Positions 20,075-23,232 of a stretch of DNA of 23,232 bases are shown in pieces. The notes beneath the pieces were generated by a model, which had not been told where the DNA came from, ran no database searches, and saw only the letters and a list, made by a program, of their open reading frames with translations. Numbering within the stretch: position 1 is the first letter of the stretch; every line of letters starts with the position of its first letter. Origin of the DNA: Octopus sinensis (Eukaryota); NCBI RefSeq assembly GCF_006345805.1, contig NW_021823700.1, forward strand, positions 1-23,232. Direction: 5' to 3'. The position numbers and the translations under genes were made by a program.

Positions 20075-21344
20075 ACACACACACCACACTCATATGTACA
20101 GACACGTTACATATTCTTCAATATCGCATCATATCCAAATAGATTACTACAATCAAATCATTCCAAAATTACATATTCGAAAGTAGATTTTTACATTCAA
20201 ATTTCACAATACATTATTAAGCACTCCAGGGCATATTATTCCCCAAATACATAATTACAAACAAGTTTCACTTCCTTTTAGCAGACATTCATCGCAATGT
20301 ATGTGTGAAATGTCTTGCTTGTGTGTGTGTGTGTGTGTAATAATTGATTATATCAACATCAACATCGAGAGGATTCATGAGTCTTGTCGATAATATAATA
20401 GTTTCTACAATGTTTGTACCAAGATAAAATGCATACGGTAGACTCTGGAAAGTGGCTGTTTTAGGAATGACACACCATGGTAGAAAATGGAAGGCATGAG
20501 CGAAATTTGGCCCTGTAAATTTTAATAAGGCAGTGAATTCGAATAAATAGTGGCACGGACTTTGAGGACCTGTCCAGTCAGTACCAGCATAGAAAGCAGA
20601 TGTAGATCGATAATGATGTGGATATGCATTGCATTCACACACACACACATACTTAATTTGTGGACTACGGCTACCATTGGTTTCATGCAGAGAAGTTCCT
20701 TAACAATTAATAAGCTCATTGTATGTAACATTGGTGTTAGTCTTCATTTTGGATAAGAACACGAAAAATCATGTAAAATCGCGTAGCTTTAATCCACAAA
20801 TAAAGAATCTTTGTCCACCAATGTGGTGTTGAGCACTCATTCTCATTGCTCGATATTTACGTGTGTGTGTGTGTGCATGCGTGTGTCTGTGCGTGTGAGC
20901 TTGTGTGCATATGCATATCTATATCCATATCTATTTATATCTATCTATCGATCCCTCCGTCCTCTCTCCGTTTTTCTCTCGCTCTCATACACAATATATT
21001 TGCGACTGCATGACTTTTCTTTGTTGTATATGTACAGCTATATTTAGCCACGTTTGTTTTTGTCATTGTCCAGTACGTTCGATAGCTATTCCCGGTAGCT
21101 TTTCGCCACTGGCTTCACCAAAAGTGAACGATATCAACGTCAAAGGCGCGAAATTGTAATGATCTTTTGGTCGTTGACTGATGCGGAATTAGCTACGAGT
21201 TTTCTCTTTCTTGTGTTTTTGTGACATTTCCCATTTATTGTGTTTTTCTAAAATTTTTGAAATACACACACACACAAACACATATAATGTACTATATATA
21301 CGCTCGTACATATGTATAAATACTTTTGGTAATGTATGGAATAG

Positions 21345-21351
21345 TATAATA

Positions 21352-21417
<66 letters not shown>

Positions 21418-21422
21418 TAATA
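21345..21422. repeat. (AAT)n microsatellite
   Basis: Direct inspection. Confidence 0.97.
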
Positions 21423-21604
21423 GTCAGATGAAATAAAGGAATTGTTCCTTAGTTTATTTATACACAGAAAATGTCTTCAAATTTTCGAAAGAAAGGAAAT
21501 GGAATGGAATAAAATAAAAATAAAATAATATAAAAAAATACATGATGATATATTTACGTTGTTACATTTAATAATTTGTCTAGCTCTTGAGAGAGCATGT
21601 GCGT

Positions 21605-21642
21605 TTATATACATATGTAAGTTATATATATACATATATATA

Positions 21643-21724
<82 letters not shown>

Positions 21725-21725
21725 C

Positions 21726-21760
<35 letters not shown>

Positions 21761-21781
21761 TGTATATATATGTATAATATA

Positions 21782-21827
<46 letters not shown>

Positions 21828-21836
21828 GATATATAT
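21605..21836. repeat. (TA)n microsatellite
   Basis: Direct inspection. Confidence 0.97.
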
Positions 21837-22259
21837 AGGGACGAGGGTCTGTGAGTGTATAGTGAGGCTGGGTGAATTTTTTTTTTTTGTGTTTATGTTT
21901 ACATTTGTATGTAAAATATCAAAGTTGTGTAGAGCGGGAGTTGGCGTAGATCGTACTGAAACTCTCTGGTCAACGCCTAACGTGTGGGAGGCAAGACAAC
22001 CAAAAACAGAACAGAATGTTAAGGAAAACAAGACTGAATAGTACATGTATAAATGCACGTGCACACACGTACACATACACATACACACACAACACACACA
22101 TATACACCAACGCACATGTAGACATACATACACATATGCAAACAAGCGCATGTGAGTGTATATAGATATAGATATATATATATATTGTATACAGTATACA
22201 GTACATTATATATATATATAAAATTCCAATCTCCATTTTCTTTTTCTTATATATTTAAA

Positions 22260-22790
22260 TTGTGTGTATATATATATAAATATATATATATACACAAACA
22301 CAAGAAAGAAAATTTAATGATGAAGATATGTTTAAGAATATGCTTATAAATATATGTATATATATATATATGTTATATATGAAATTTATGTATGAATTTA
22401 TATATGCATGTATGTACGTGCGTACGTACGTATGTATGTATGTGTGTGTGTGTGGTGTGTATGTATGTATGTGTGTATGTGTGTGTATGTATGTATGTAT
22501 GTATGTATGTGTGTGTATGTATGTATGGATGGATGGATTGATCGATCGATCGATTGATGTATGTATGTATGGATGTGTGTTTTGATGTATGTATATATGC
22601 ATGTGTGTGTGGATGTATGTATGTATGTGTGTGTCGCTGTATGTATGGATGGATTATGCATAGAGAGAGTGGGAGAGAGAGAGAAAGTAGAAAGAGAGTG
22701 GAAAGAGAGAGAGAGAGAGAGAGAATGCTGTACACATGCGCGTATATAATCAAACACATTCACACACACACACACACACACACACCCGCA
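22260..22790. repeat. Compound (TA)/(TATG)/(GA)/(CA) microsatellite
   Basis: Direct inspection. Confidence 0.9.
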
Positions 22791-23145
22791 GAGACTCACG
22801 TATAACCACCCACACAAATTGCAGCGCAAAAAAAAAAAGAAAATAGGAAATAATGAGGAAATACTTATTTACACAATAACAAACGAAATTGCAGGCTATG
22901 GAAGCCGAGACGCGATGACACTCGGTGTGGACTGAACGAGGCAAAGGGTCACACGAGTCCCTCGTCAGAAATATCTTTATATAAACGCCATCGCGGCACC
23001 ATACGTCTCTTACCTGTCACCACGAACTGGTGTTCAAAGCATCATTGTAATGAAACAGTAATTAAGTAATTAGTGACGTAATTAATGGTTTTTATCATAG
23101 CCCTGACCCATCAATGGCTTAAAATCTGAAACAGAAGGGTTTAAC

Positions 23146-23232
23146 ATACCAAGAAACCCCAAAATGGCAGAAATTCAAAAGATAGTGCTCATGGGAACTG
23201 CTCATATCCTACACAAAATAATTTCTCTGTAA
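23146..23232 (+). mobile_element. RLE LINE C-terminal fragment
   Basis: IPRNPKMAEIQKIVLMGTAHILHKIISL* parallels IQKIALLGTAHILQKALSIQ* at about 3200-3260. Confidence 0.85.

Noticed and set aside
20289-20648. 119-aa minus ORF
   Set aside because: It begins and ends in CA/TG microsatellite, has no recognisable motif and no convincing splice pair.
21930-22050. Minus polypyrimidine tract with AG as a possible exon
   Set aside because: Only a weak donor, no recognisable peptide, and it lies between microsatellites.
22930-22975. Hairpin acgagg...cctcgt with ctgacga on the minus strand
   Set aside because: It lacks GAAA and stem III, so it is not a hammerhead.
23001-23020. cttacctg resembling the U1 snRNA 5' end
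   Set aside because: Downstream sequence does not resemble U1; it is better read as a minus-strand donor.

Overview
Eukaryotic, repeat-saturated genomic DNA. The SINE families and microsatellite load suggest an octopus or other cephalopod (inference from recall, not searched). Nearly all listed ORFs are microsatellite or SINE artefacts. The only supportable gene is absent from the ORF track as such: a minus-strand spliced gene. Its signal-peptide exon (5033-4920, MASQSMLCCFFIYAVVQIISGHQARVPYRVSNLMNVVL, phase-0 GTAAGT donor) joins across a 4.6 kb intron to a Cys-rich exon (278 to window edge, PQRYIPVCPTLDHVCGRV...CSCPGKTQCSMEWDD...KYCGP...VC). The Cys spacing resembles Argos/giant-lens (centipede scoloptoxin-11-like) secreted proteins. 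The rest is tRNA-derived SINEs, R4/Dong-type RLE LINE 3' ends stacked on (AAT)n, an RTE fragment, two mariner relics, hAT-like MITEs, a Helentron-like element and Penelope-like remnants. Two degenerate minimal hammerhead ribozyme folds occur, one with an unusual G3:C8 core swap lying sense in the gene's intron.
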